The notes below the pieces were generated by a model. It was not told the origin of the DNA, made no database searches, and was given only the letters and a program-made list of their open reading frames with translations. From the NCBI GenBank assembly GCA_030390025.1, contig CM059433.1, positions 25,050,001 through 25,114,000 on the forward strand: DNA of 64,000 nucleotides, read 5' to 3'. The stretch comes from Squalus acanthias. Its lineage: Eukaryota. Of this stretch, positions 37,523 through 49,090 are shown piece after piece. Within the stretch, counting starts at the first letter, position 1; the number at the start of each line of letters is the position of its first letter. The position numbers and the translations under genes were made by a program.

Positions 37523-39215
37523 AGAGGACAGCAGGTTCCTGCTCCACTGACCCACTGCTCCCGGGGCAGCACCTCAGCATCCCATGCAATCTGTTGGACC
37601 ACAGATTGCTGGCCTGCTGCAACACCATGAAAGCCCTGGTCGATGGTGGTAGACCCAGCCACGATGGCAGCAATCGGAGCTTGCGTGGCATCAAGCTGAG
37701 ACTGCATGAGAGCAGTCTGAGATTGGATGGCACCAAGCATAGACTGCATTACAGCACTAAGATGTTGCGTCGCTTCCGCCTGTGCTGCAATGGAAGCTGC
37801 CAGATCGCCCATTACATGCGGCATCAGGTCTGGGTTGCTACGGTCTCTCTGGGAGTCTGCCATCATTTGCAGACTGGAAATGATGGACTCCATGCGCAGA
37901 GCCTTGTGCAATGTTGGAGGCGGACTCCTCCACGCTCCTTACCATTGCCGAGAGGCTCTCGGGCATCCTTTCCACGGCACCTATCATCTCCATGTACATG
38001 TCCATCACTCTCTTCTAAAGGCCTTCCCATCGAGTCCTGTGCAGCAGAACTTGCGTGCGAACTCGCCCTCTGGGAGCTGGCCCCCAAGCTACCCTTTCTC
38101 CCTGGCCTTGCTGCAGCCCACTCGTTCCTGGTGCTTCACCCTTTGCAGATCCCGCTACTATACTAGCCTCTGAAGAACGCGTAGTGCCAGTATCTGAGCT
38201 GGTGCCTGCGGGTGAGACATGCAGTGACGCGGTGTGATCTTCCTCCTCCTCTTCTCCTGCCTTACTCTCTACGGTGTCCTCAGGGACAGGCTGCTCAGGT
38301 GCTTGCTCATTATCTGAAAGCATAAAGGCACAAGAATCAGGTAAAGGTGAGGGGAGGGGGCAGGAAGGGAGAAATGCATGCATACAGCATGATTAGCTGG
38401 AAAGTGTGAAACGCTTGTGGGGTGAGGGGGAAGTGGGATGTGAGAAGAAGGAGTAGGGATGAACTTACCGTTGTTGTCCCCAAGGGGGTCAACGCCACCG
38501 GTGGCCACGGTGCCCACCACCTGCCAGCCAATGATTTGCAGCACTCCAGCGCAGACATTGGTTGGGTGTCTGCTTGTCCCCCGCCTGTGCACTCCTGCTC
38601 CCTCCTATTGTGAGCCACCTTGGCCTGCAAGAGAAAGGAAAGTATGTGAGTAAGTGTGGAGCAATGTGGTTGGGTGATGTGCCTGCCATAGTTGAATAGC
38701 TGCCTGTGTGCAAGGTGTGAGATGTGGGTGTGAGTGTTGGTCGATAGAGATTGTTGGTGGGTGAATGCTGGGGGTGTGGTGCTTTGGGCAGTGTGTGAAG
38801 ATTGTGGTTCAGATGGTGGTATGTAGCATTTGTTGAAGCACTCACTCACCCTGACCAACTGAATGAGTTTGTTAAATTTCTTCCTGCACTGTGTGTGGAT
38901 CCTGAGGACCACAGTGCTGCCCGAGACATGCTGCGCTACCTGCCTCCACACGTGTGGAAGATTTGTGGCAAGGGCCTCCTGCCACTTGTCGGGTAAAGCA
39001 CCGCCCTCCATCTTTCCACAGCGAAAACCAATGCCTCCAATGCTTCGTCGGAGAATATGCGGGCTCTCTGCCTGGGGCGTGGATCTGCCATGAGCATACC
39101 TGATTCAGCATCAATGTACCTCCCCTTTAAGAAGTGAAAAAAGCCTGTGGCAATGATGAGTTGTGATTAGACTGCACCCGATATGGGTCCACCCAACGCC
39201 AATGAGGTTGGATTT
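37523..39215 (-). mobile_element. Harbinger fragment carrying a spliced Myb/SANT-like ORF2 pseudogene
   Basis: Exon 39091-38850 (MADPRPRQRARIFSDEALEAL...QCRKKFNKL), exon 38624-38469 (AKVAHNRREQECTGGG), exon from 38313; GT-AG introns. Confidence 0.85.
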
Positions 39216-39218
39216 TCT

Positions 39219-40030
39219 GGGCTAGAAATTCATTATAGCCCAGTAATAGGTGGTATCATTAGAAAAGTTTGAGAGTTAGTGCCAGGCGCTAATGCTTTAG
39301 ACTGCACACAAAATTCATTCTCACTGCTGAAAGAAATGATTGGGGCGCTAAATCAAGTCTTAAAGCCCAAGCTCAGTGATATTACACTCAAAGGGTGGAC
39401 CAATATCGGGTGCAGTCTAATCGCAACTCAACATTGCCACAGGCTTTTCCCAGTACTTAAAGGGGAGGTTCATTGATACTGCAGCACCTCATTCTCAGCA
39501 TTGCTGGCTGTGCAGCTGCCTCAGCAAGGAGAAGCACAACAAGGAGAAGGAGCCGGAGGACTGAAGCAGGTGTGCTCATGGAAGATCCACCTCAGTCGGG
39601 TGGTCAGGGTGATTGAATGCTTCAACAAATGCTACATACCACCATCTGTACCACAAGCTTCACATACTGCCCAAAGCATCACACCCCCAGCGCTCACACC
39701 AATGATCTCTACCTACCAATACTCACACCCACATCTCACACCTTGCACACAATGACAGCTATTCAACTATGGGAGGCACAAGGGTCATTAGTTATTAGAA
39801 TGAATGTGCTATGTGTGATAAGTTTATGCATAAATTTATTAATGGAGTTTGCAATATTTTGTGGTCTCTCTCATTTCACCCTTGCGCCCAGGAGGATGCT
39901 GCGATATGGCATGACACAGGGAAGGTATGATGGGGATGTGGTGAGCAAAAGGGATCTGGGGTTTAAGTATTCCTGGTGTGAGGCTGGAGGTCTGTTTGGA
40001 GGAGTTCTGTGACCACCACCTTGGTGATGC
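39219..40030 (+). mobile_element. Internally deleted Harbinger copy (ORF2 end), inverted relative to its neighbour
   Basis: TIR gggctagaaattc; reverse-complement match to 54000-54895. Confidence 0.8.
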
Positions 40031-40160
40031 TGATCCTGAGACTTATTGAAATACTACAAGGTCAAACAAGATCCGATCAAACGGTACTTTATTGAATTTG
40101 ATCAATGATATTTGCAATAACTATGCACTTAACTATGGATTATTTTGCAATATCTATGTA

Positions 40161-40422
40161 CAGTAAACTCTTTCTTATCCAGCACCTACGGGACCAGGAT
40201 GGTGCCGGTTGATGAAAAATTCTGGATAACAGAGAGTTATACCTACCAAGGCAATTTTTAACACAAACAAAAATAAAAACCACTGACTAACTCGGCCACC
40301 GCGGGAGACTCGGACTTGGCAAAACGAGTGCTGGATGGATTCGGCAAGATTACCGGCTATCTATTTTGCCGGTTATTAAAGTATTCCGGATGATTAAGTG
40401 CCATTTAAACAAGCGTTTACTG
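40161..40422. mobile_element. Tc1/mariner (pogo/Tigger-like) MITE with TA TSD
   Basis: ta-cagtaaac ... gtttactg-ta. Confidence 0.75.
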
Positions 40423-40520
40423 TACTTACACGCAATATGTATGCCCTCACATGCAATATCTATGCACTTACACGCAATATCTATGCACTTACACGCAATA
40501 TCTATGCACTTACACACAAT
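40423..40520. repeat. 21-bp minisatellite (atctatgcacttacacgcaat)
   Basis: About 4.5 visible units; continues at 41264-41310 and upstream at ~40110-40160. Confidence 0.85.
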
Positions 40521-41263
40521 GGCCCAGAAATTGATCTCGCTCTGTTCCCGCGGGGGTAAGCCTTCCCCGCGATGTCTCACCTCGCTTATGCTTTTTCTGA
40601 TCCAGCTCGCACGAACTTGATGTTCCAGACATCAGCTGTGCTGGGCTTGCGTATCCCAGCGGCGTAGTGAATTCGTGCGAGCTGTGGGATCACGTGACTC
40701 AGTTAGAGCCAATGGCAGCACACCATCTTCCATTCATAAGTCTCACAGCATGGCTGTGAGACTTATGAATCTTACACCCCCCCAAAATAACAGCTAAACC
40801 TCAATTAAATTAAAAAAAAACCCATCACATTAATAAAATAAGTATAGTTAATTAAATTAACCATTTTAAATAAAAAATTAAATTTTTGAAAAAATTTAAA
40901 ATCTTTTAAAAAGTTATAAAAATAAACTTACCTGTCTTTAAAGTCTATAAAAAAGATATACCTGTAAAAAAAAATTCAAAAAAATACTTAATTCACTACT
41001 TACCTTCTTAAAAGCGGGTCTTACTCCTCCTTTTTACATTTCCAAAATCTTCCCTACTTACCTGCGCGTCCAAAGCATGAAGTGCACAGCGTGCGCGCAG
41101 CCTGTAGCGCGCACGCGATGCACCCAGGCCCCGCCCCCTTTTCGGAAGAGCAATTGCCGGTTTTCAGCGCATGCGCAGGGCATGCAGAAAACCGGCAATT
41201 GGAGTGGGAATACGCGAGAGTATGCAGTGCGTACTCTCGCGTCCCGGGATCAATTTTCGGCCC
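40521..41263 (-). mobile_element. Harbinger-type MITE family X, copy C (complete)
   Basis: Termini ggcccagaaatt / aattttcggccc; aat TSD at 40518-40520 and 41264-41266. Confidence 0.88.
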
Positions 41264-41507
41264 AATATCTATGCCGTTACATGCAATATCTAAGCACTTA
41301 CACACACTATTTGTGCCCTTACTTGTGCATTTGGCCAATACTTACAATCACCCTTAGTTGATCAATCTGAGTTGGTTGTAGGTAAATGGGTCCAATTCAC
41401 TTGGCAGGATCCTGTCTTTCTATTGGCTGTGTTTCCCATCTGTGTTCAGAGTTCAGAATTCATTACTTTTTATAGGGTCTCTGTGTGCATGATCATTCAC
41501 TGATCTG

Positions 41508-41631
41508 CTCAGAGATGATTTGGTTAGCAAACGCTTAGGTCATCTCACATTGTGTTCTGGTTCCTTGATCTCAGAGATGATTTGGTTCGCAAGCCCTTAG
41601 GTCATCTCACATTGTGTTCTGGTTCCTTGAT
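41508..41631. repeat. 62-bp tandem duplication
   Basis: Two copies of ctcagagatgatttggtt...ggttccttgat. Confidence 0.9.
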
Positions 41632-41946
41632 TAACTGCCTTGTTTGCTGTGTCCACAAAGTTCAATTGGGCCAGACTGTTTGCATAGCTTCAGGGTTTTC
41701 TCCAGCCTCGTAGGCTTATGATTTAAAAAAATATATATTATTTCATACAATCTTGCCACGTCTCCTTACAAACCCTCCCCACCTATTTCTTACCCACTTC
41801 AGATTTGTCTCTCTTGGTTAGAAATTTTGTTTTCACTGTCACCACTCCCTTTCATTCTTATTCTTGCAGAAAGATAGGGAGCACTATGGTAGTGGAGTTC
41901 CCCAGCATTCTCAGTATCAGTGGAAATGGTATATTCCTTTTCTTGC

Positions 41947-43450
41947 ATGGAGAATAGCCTGATCCCCTGGAGAATAACTTCACCCCCAGGGAGAATAGCC
42001 TAATCCCCTTGGAGAATAGCCTGATCCCCATGGAGAATAACCTTATCCCCCTGGAGAAGAACCTTATCCCCCTGGAGAATAACCTTATCCCCCTGGAGAA
42101 GAACCTTATCCCCCTGGAGAATAACCTTATCCCCCTGGAGAATCGCCTTATCCCCCTGGAGAATAGTCTTATCCCCCTGGAGAATAACCTTATCCCCCTG
42201 GAGAAGAACCTTATCCCCCTGGAGAATAACCTTATCCCCCTGGAGAAGAACCTTATCCCCCTGGAGAATAGTCTTATCCCCCTGGAGAATAACCTTCTCC
42301 TCCTGGAGAATAACCTTATCCCCCTGGAGAATAGTCTTATCCCCCTGGAGAATAACCTTATCCCCCTGGAGAATAGTCTTATCCCCCTGGAGAATAACCT
42401 TATCCCCCTGGAGAATAACCTTATCCCCCTGGAGAATAACCTTATCCCCCTGGAGAATAACCTTATCCCCCTGGAGAAGAACCTTATCCCCCTGGAGAAT
42501 AGTCTTATCCCCCTGGAGAATAACCTTCTCCTCCTGGAGAATAACCTTATCCCTCTGGAGAATAACCTTATCCCCCTGGAGAATAACCTTATCCCCCTGG
42601 AGAATAACCTTATCCCCCTGGAGAATAACCTTATCCCTCTGGAGAATAACCTTATCCCCCTGGAGAATAACCTTATCCCCCTGGAGAATAACCTTATCCC
42701 TCTGGAGAATAACCTTATCCCCCTGGAGAATAACCTTATCCCCCTGGAGAATAACCTTATCCCCCTGGAGAATAACCTTATCCCCCTGGAGAATAACCTT
42801 ATCCCTCTGGAGAATAATCTTATCCCCCTGGAGAATAACCTTATCCCCCTGGAGAATAACCTTATCCCCCTGGAGAATAACCTTATCCCCCCTGGAGAAT
42901 AGTCTTATCCCCCTGGAGAATAACCTTCTCCTCCTGGAGAATAACCTTATCCCTCTGGAGAATAACCTTATCCCCCTGGAGAATAACCTTATCCCCCTGG
43001 AGAATAACCTTATCCCCCTGGAGAATAACCTTATCCCCCTGGAGAATAACCTTATCCCCCTGGAGAATAACCTTATCCCCCTGGAGAATAGTCTTATCCC
43101 CAGGGAGAATGGTCTTATCCCCAGAGAGAATGGTCTTATCCCCCTGGAGAATAGTCTTATCCCCAGGGAGAATAGTCTTATCCCCAGGGAGAATGGTCTT
43201 ATCCCCAGGGAGAATAGTCTTATCCCCAGGGAGAATAGTCTTATCCCCAGAGAGAATGGTCTTATCCCCAGGGAGAATGGTCTTATCCCCAGGGAGAATG
43301 GTCTTATCCCCAGGGAGAATAGTCTTATCCCCAGGGAGAATAGTCTTATCCCCAGGGAGAATGGTCTTATCCCCCTGGAGAATAGTCTTATCCCCAGGGA
43401 GAATAGTCTTATCCCCAGGGAGAATGGTCTTATCCCCAGGGAGAATAGCC
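41947..43450. repeat. 21-bp minisatellite (ccctggagaataaccttatcc), ~70 units
   Basis: Directly visible; variant unit ccagggagaatrgtcttatcc dominates after ~43100. Confidence 0.98.
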
Positions 43451-44714
43451 CAATTCCAGTGACATCTTGCAGTTAAGGGAGTCTGGGCTCCCTCGCCCTC
43501 TAGCCCTAAAAAGCACGTTGGAAGGAATCTGCCTTGTTGAAAGTGGAGAATGTACATAATTCTCTTGGACTTGATGATCAGGATCCAAATGGAAAACTTA
43601 CCACCACCTAAATAGATGCCCCTACATTCCTGAAGAGTAACACAATAGGAAAAACAGTTCATTCCCAGGCTTCGGGCAATATATTGCGGAGGCTCCACAA
43701 TTCAGTAAATGTGATTAGAAGGGATAAGGATCCCTTGGATTTGATCTCTCGCAGATTCGTACGTCAATGCAGTTGGACCTGAAGGAAGGTCCAAGATATG
43801 TAAAGGAAGTCAGAACTCCTGCAGCATCCGCAGTATTTTGCTTCTGTTCTGTTCAGACTGCTGTGCTTGGGGGTGTGACACATCATCTAACTATATGGGT
43901 GAAATCTGTTGAAAAGTGACACCAACTGAGGAAGGTTAGATTTTAAGTCAGTATCACAACTCTAATGATTGCAGTTTTCATTAAGAAATCCTTTGGAAAA
44001 CATTTGGTTAGAGAATCATTGGCAACAATTGTTTTCCTTGTAGCTTTGCTGTGTTACATGGTCACAGCTAAATTTTGTTAGTTTTGAATGGAGCAAACTT
44101 TCCTTATTGATAATCCCACGAGTATCTTTAATGTTTCACACAGTTGACCTCCTTTTTAATGAAGAAGACGGCCTTGCTGAAAGGATTGTCAGTATTCAAC
44201 AGACCCATAAGAACCCAATGAATGAGTAATATTGCCTTTGTAGACATGTCATTTTTCTTGTTACTAAGCTGCTGTATTTGTCTTTGCAGTGTTTTATGCT
44301 TACTAAAGGTAGCTGGAACACCCATCTTTTTTTAGAGCAGAAACTATTTTTGAAAAATGTTTGGCAAAGATACATTCATAATCAGGGCTCGCTGGTCTTT
44401 TCCTGGGTTCTGGATAGTCATTATATAGTAAACAACTGCAATACAATGATTATCCTTCATGCAGTTTGATAGGAGGTGTCAGTCCTTTAAATGCCATCAG
44501 TGTAACAAGACGAGATCAAAATACATTGCCAGAATTTCCCTCAATCTCTCCTATTTTAGTTACGTGATTCTCCATGACAGTTTCCAATTTCAGCTCTGCC
44601 TCAGGAGAGATGTCAAAAAGGATCCAGGCAGACCCTTGCAGAGAGGGCTGCGATGCTTCATATTTCTCCCAACTGCTGTGTCAAGGACATTATAGGTAGA
44701 TGGCTAGAACCTTG

Positions 44715-44865
44715 GGGCAGATTTTCAACTTGTCACTCATCGTAAATCTTTCATTATGGATTGGCTGCCCATTATTGACAGAAATGAATATCAGGCCGCT
44801 TGTATAATGGGCGGCTGATCTGCAATGTCCATTTAATACCCAGGTGGCAAGTTGAAAATCTACCC
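44715..44865. mobile_element. 151-bp MITE with 22-bp TIRs
   Basis: gggcagattttcaacttgtcac / gtggcaagttgaaaatctaccc (2 mismatches). Confidence 0.7.
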
Positions 44866-46259
44866 ACATGTCACTTTTCAGTGGGGCAGGGAATGTTTTT
44901 CATGGAGTTTTTGGAGATAGTTGGTGGCCATGAGGATGGTGAGAGCAGCATTGATCCTGGAAGTTATTCTTTTAAAACACTAACAGACTGCCCTTATATT
45001 TCGCCAAAGTCAGATGATGAGAGAAATTATATACTGTGCAATGCATAATATATTGTTCTTGCTTAGGGGCACTGGGGCCAATTGTAGAACATTTTGAGTA
45101 TTCGAGACAGTTTCCTAAACAATACATCATGGAACCAACCAGGGAATAGGCTATTTTAGACCTTGTATTATGTAATGAGACAGAGTTAATTAGTAATCTC
45201 ATAGTAAAGGATCCTCTGGGGAAGAGTGATCATAATATGATAGAATTTCATGTTGGGTTTGTGAGTGAAATACTTAAGTCCAAAACTAGAGTCTTAAACT
45301 TCAATAACGCCAATTATATAGGTACGAGGGGAGAGTTGGCTAAGGTAGATTGGGAAATTAGATTAAAAGGTATGACAGTAGATAAACAGTGGCAAACATT
45401 TAAAGAAATACTCCAAAATTCTCAACGAATATACATTCCATTGATAAATAAAGACTCCACAGGAAAAGTGATCCATCCGTGGCTAACTAAAGAAGTTAAG
45501 GATAGTATTAGATTAAAAGAAAAGGCTTATAATGTTGCAAAGAATAGTAGTAAGCCTGAGGATTGGGAGAGCTTTAGAAACCAGCAAAGGATGACTTGAA
45601 AATTGATAAAAAGGGAGAAATAGAATATGAGAGTAAACTAGCAAGAAATATAAAAACAGAATGTAAGAGCTTCTACAAGTATGTAAACAGGAAGAGAGTA
45701 GCAAAAGTAAGCGTTGGTCCGTTAGAGGGTGAGACAGGATTATAATGGGAAATAAGGAAATGGCAGAGACTTTAAACAAATATTTTGTATCTGTCTTCGC
45801 AGTAGAAGACACAAAAGGCATACCAAAAAATAATGGGGAACCAAGGGGCTAATGAGAGCGAGGAACTTAAAGTAATTAATATCAGTAGAGAAAAAGAACT
45901 TGAGAAACTAATTGGAATAAAAGCTGAAAAATCCCCATGACCTGATGGCCATCATCCTACGATTCTAAAAGAGGTGGCTGCAGAGATAGTGGATGCATTG
46001 GTTATGTGTAATCTACCAAAATTCCCTAGATTCTGGAATGGTCCCAGCAGATTGGAAGCTAGCAAATGTAACCCTGCTATTCAAGAAAGGAGGGAGAGAG
46101 AAAACAGGGAACTACAGGCCAGTTAGCCTGACATTAGTTGTTGGGAAAATGCTGGAATCCATTAAGAAAGTGGTAACAGGGCAGTTAGAAAATCATAATA
46201 TGATTAGGCAGAGTCAACATGCTTTTATGAAAGGAAAATCATATTTAACAAACTTCTTA

Positions 46260-46989
46260 GGGGGAGAAATTGGGTACCTTAGCGCCTCTCATTAGCGCCT
46301 CCGGGGGCGCTAATGGGGCGCTAACAACTTACCGCCCGGGCGTGATGCCACTGACAACTTCCGCTATATTCAGCGGGAGTTTAGCGGTGGTGGTAAGCGG
46401 TACCGCTCTGCTCAGCTGTGCAGGCGATGATGAAATCATCACCATGTGCATTGCCCCGTTTTTGCCCCACCTGCAAAATTGCCCCGCGCCCCATGAATCT
46501 GCGCCGGGAGATGACAGCGACCGATTCATGGGACGGGAACGGACTGGCAGGAGGCTCGTGGGGTGATAAGTAAAGGGGAGGTGGCAGGCGGGGAAAAAGA
46601 AATCAGCCGACTTACTTGTCACAGCCCGTTTGCGTCTTTGAACGCGGGGTCCGTGCCACAATCTGGCAGCCCAGCACTCCTCTTGTGTGCGGGGCTGCTG
46701 GCATGGCACCCCGCTCCCCAGTGGTCCAGGTAGGGCCCTCCCGAGTTCTGTGCTTGGGCCCTCCCCTTTAATGAGGGAAGGAGCCCTTCCATGCTGCAGA
46801 ACGCACCGCCCCGATATTCAGGGTTAGCGCTCTAAGAAAGAAGTGGAGTGCTTGAATTAGCGCTCCACCTCCCTCTTGGGGCGCTAAAACTGTATTTCGC
46901 GGTCACCGGCGCTAATTAGCACCGGCCGCTAAAGTTAGTGGCCAGGCAATGTTAGCGACCCAAAATTGTCGATACAGAATTTTTCCCCC
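46260..46989. mobile_element. GC-rich Harbinger MITE
   Basis: TIR gggggagaaatt / aatttttccccc; flanks tta / ttc; interrupts the CR1 LTNLLEFF region. Confidence 0.85.
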
Positions 46990-47411
46990 TTCGAGTTTTT
47001 TGAGGATGTAACTAGCAGGGTAGATAAAGGGGAACCAGTGGATGTAGTATATTTGGATTTCCAAAAGGCATGAGATAAGTTGCCACATAAAATGTTGTTA
47101 CGCAAGATAAGGACCCATGGGGTTGGGGACAGAAAGCAGAGAGTAGGGATAAATGGGTCATTTTCAGGTTGGCAGGCTGTAACTAGTGGGGTGCTGCAAG
47201 GATCAGTGTTGGGGCCTCAGCTATTTACAATTTATTTTAATGACCTAGATGAAGGGACTGAGTTTAATGTAGCCCAGTTTGCTTATGATACAAAGCTAGG
47301 CGGGAAAGTAAGTTGTGAGGAGGACGCAAAGAGCCTGCAAAGGGATTTATAACAACAGAAAATGCTGGAAATACTCAGCAGGCCAGGCAGCATCCGTGGA
47401 GAGAGCAACAG

Positions 47412-47448
47412 AGTTAACGTTTCATGTCTGGGACCCTTCGTCAGAACT
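47412..47448 (-). ncRNA. Minimal hammerhead ribozyme motif (stem II mismatch)
   Basis: AGUU-CUGACGA-AGGGUCCCAGACAU-GAAAC-GUU-AACU. Confidence 0.55.
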
Positions 47449-47749
47449 GGAAAAAGCTGGAGATGTAACAGATATTAAGCAGGTGCAGAGACGGTGGGGG
47501 GTGGGGGGGGTGGTTTAGGAGGGGAGGAAGGAATTGAAAGAATATACTGTGCTTATGTAAGAGGCAGGAAAGATAAAATGTTGCAAATGGGAATGGCAAA
47601 ATCATACAGCATGAAAAATGGGGGCAGGGATTATTGTCTGAAATTGTTGAACTCGATGTTGAGTCCGGAAGGCTGTAAAGTGCCTAATCGAAAGATGAGG
47701 TGCTGTTCCTCGAGCTTACGTTGAGCTTCATTGGAACAATGTAATAGGC

Positions 47750-47935
47750 CCTGAGCTTCCGGTCGCCTGTCACTTTAATTCTCCGCTTCACTCCCACTCT
47801 GATCTCTCTGTCCTCGGCCTATTACATTGTTCCAATGAAGCTCAACGTAAGCTCGAGGAACAGCACCTCATCTTTCGATTAGGCACTTTACAGCCTTCCG
47901 GACTCAACATCGAGTTCAACAATTTCAGACAATAA
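47750..47935 (+). pseudogene. C-terminus of a Penelope-like GIY-YIG endonuclease
   Basis: Manual translation PELPVACHFNSPLHSHSDLSVLGLLHCSNEAQRKLEEQHLIFRLGTLQPSGLNIEFNNFRQ* with the HF..H / R...E...I..L.T..P.GLN pattern. Confidence 0.85.
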
Positions 47936-48105
47936 TCCCTGCCCCCATTTTTCATGCTGTATGATTTTGCCATTCCCATTTGCAACATTTTATCTTTCCT
48001 GCCTCTTACATAAGCACAGTATGTTCTTTCAATTCCTTCCTCCCCTCCTAAACCCCCCACCGTCTCTGCACCTGCTTAATATCTGTTACATCTCCAGCTT
48101 TTTCC

Positions 48106-48142
48106 AGTTCTGATGAAGGGTCCCAGACCTGAAACGTTAACT
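48106..48142 (+). ncRNA. Minimal type I hammerhead ribozyme motif
   Basis: AGUU-CUGAUGA-AGGGUCCCAGACCU-GAAAC-GUU-AACU: both core boxes, stem I, stem II and palindromic AACGUU in place of stem III. Confidence 0.75.
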
Positions 48143-49090
48143 CTGTTTCTCGCTCCACGGATGCTGCCTGGCCTGCTGAGTGTTTCCAGCATTTTCTGTT
48201 GTTATTTCAGATTTCCAGCATCCGCAGTATTTTGCTATTGCAAAGGGATATAGACAGGTTAAGTGAGTGGGCAATAAGGTGGCAGATGGAGTATAATGTG
48301 GGGAAATGTGAGGTTATTCACTTTGGTAGGAAGAATAGAAAAGCAGAATATTCTTTAAATGGTGAGAAACTATTAAATGTTGGTGTTCAGAAAGATTTAG
48401 GTGTCCTCGTACAGGAAACACAGAGAGTTAGCCTGCAGGTACAGCAAGCAATAAGGAAGGCAAGTGGCATGTTGGCTTTTATTGCAATGGGGTTGGAGTA
48501 CAAGAGTAAGGAAATCTTGCTACAATTGTACAGGGCTCTGGTGAGACCACACCTGGAGTGCTGTGCACAGTTATGGTCTCCTTATCTGAGGAAGGATATA
48601 TTTGCCTTGGAGGCGGTGCAATGAAGGTTCACTAGATTGATTCCTATGAGGAGAGATTGAGTAGACTGGGCCTATGCTCTCTGGAGTTTAGAAGAATGAG
48701 AGGTGATCTCATTGAAACATATAAGATTCTGAGGGGGATTGACGGGGTAGATGCTGAGAGATTGTTTCCCCTGGCTGGAGAGTCTAGAACTAGGGGTCAT
48801 AGTCTCAGGATAAGGGGTCGGCCATTTAAGACTGAGATGAGGAGGAATTTCTTCACTCAGAGGGTTGTGAATCTTTGGAATTCTCTACCCCAAATGTCTG
48901 TGGATGCTGAATCGTTGAGTATATTCAAGGCTGAGATCGATAGATTTTTGGACTCTAGGGGAATCAAGGGGTATGGAGATCGGGCAGGAAAGTTGAGTTG
49001 AGGTCGAAGATCAGCCATGATCTTATTGAATGGCGGAGCAGGCTCGAGGGGCCGTATGGCCTACTCCTGCTCCTCATTCTTATGTTCTTA

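Larger units (their letters stand above)
47347..48238 (+). mobile_element. Penelope-like element insertion with inverted-repeat structure
   Basis: TSD tgcaaagggat (47336-47346, 48239-48249); inverted arms 47349-47750 and 47816-48205. Confidence 0.9.
45075..49090 (+). mobile_element. Decayed CR1 ORF2 with nested Harbinger MITE and Penelope-like insertion
   Basis: Endonuclease, RT and C-terminal ORF pieces (45237.., 45993.., 47080.., 48241.., 48657..); tail at 49075-49090. Confidence 0.93.

Noticed and set aside
41870..41928. Candidate exon after ttcttgcag
   Set aside because: Good acceptor but only weak donors (gtagtg, gtatat) and no recognisable peptide
41947..43450. CRISPR-like array
   Set aside because: Units are contiguous with no unique spacers, there are no cas genes, and the context is eukaryotic
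42009..43698. (LENNLIP)n and (GDKTILP)n ORFs resembling LRR or coiled proteins
   Set aside because: Translations of the 21-bp minisatellite with no unique flanking domain
47494..48060. Duplicated ORFs 47494..47724 and 47842..48060 encoding the same peptide
   Set aside because: Antisense readings of the Penelope-like GIY-YIG end within the inverted repeat
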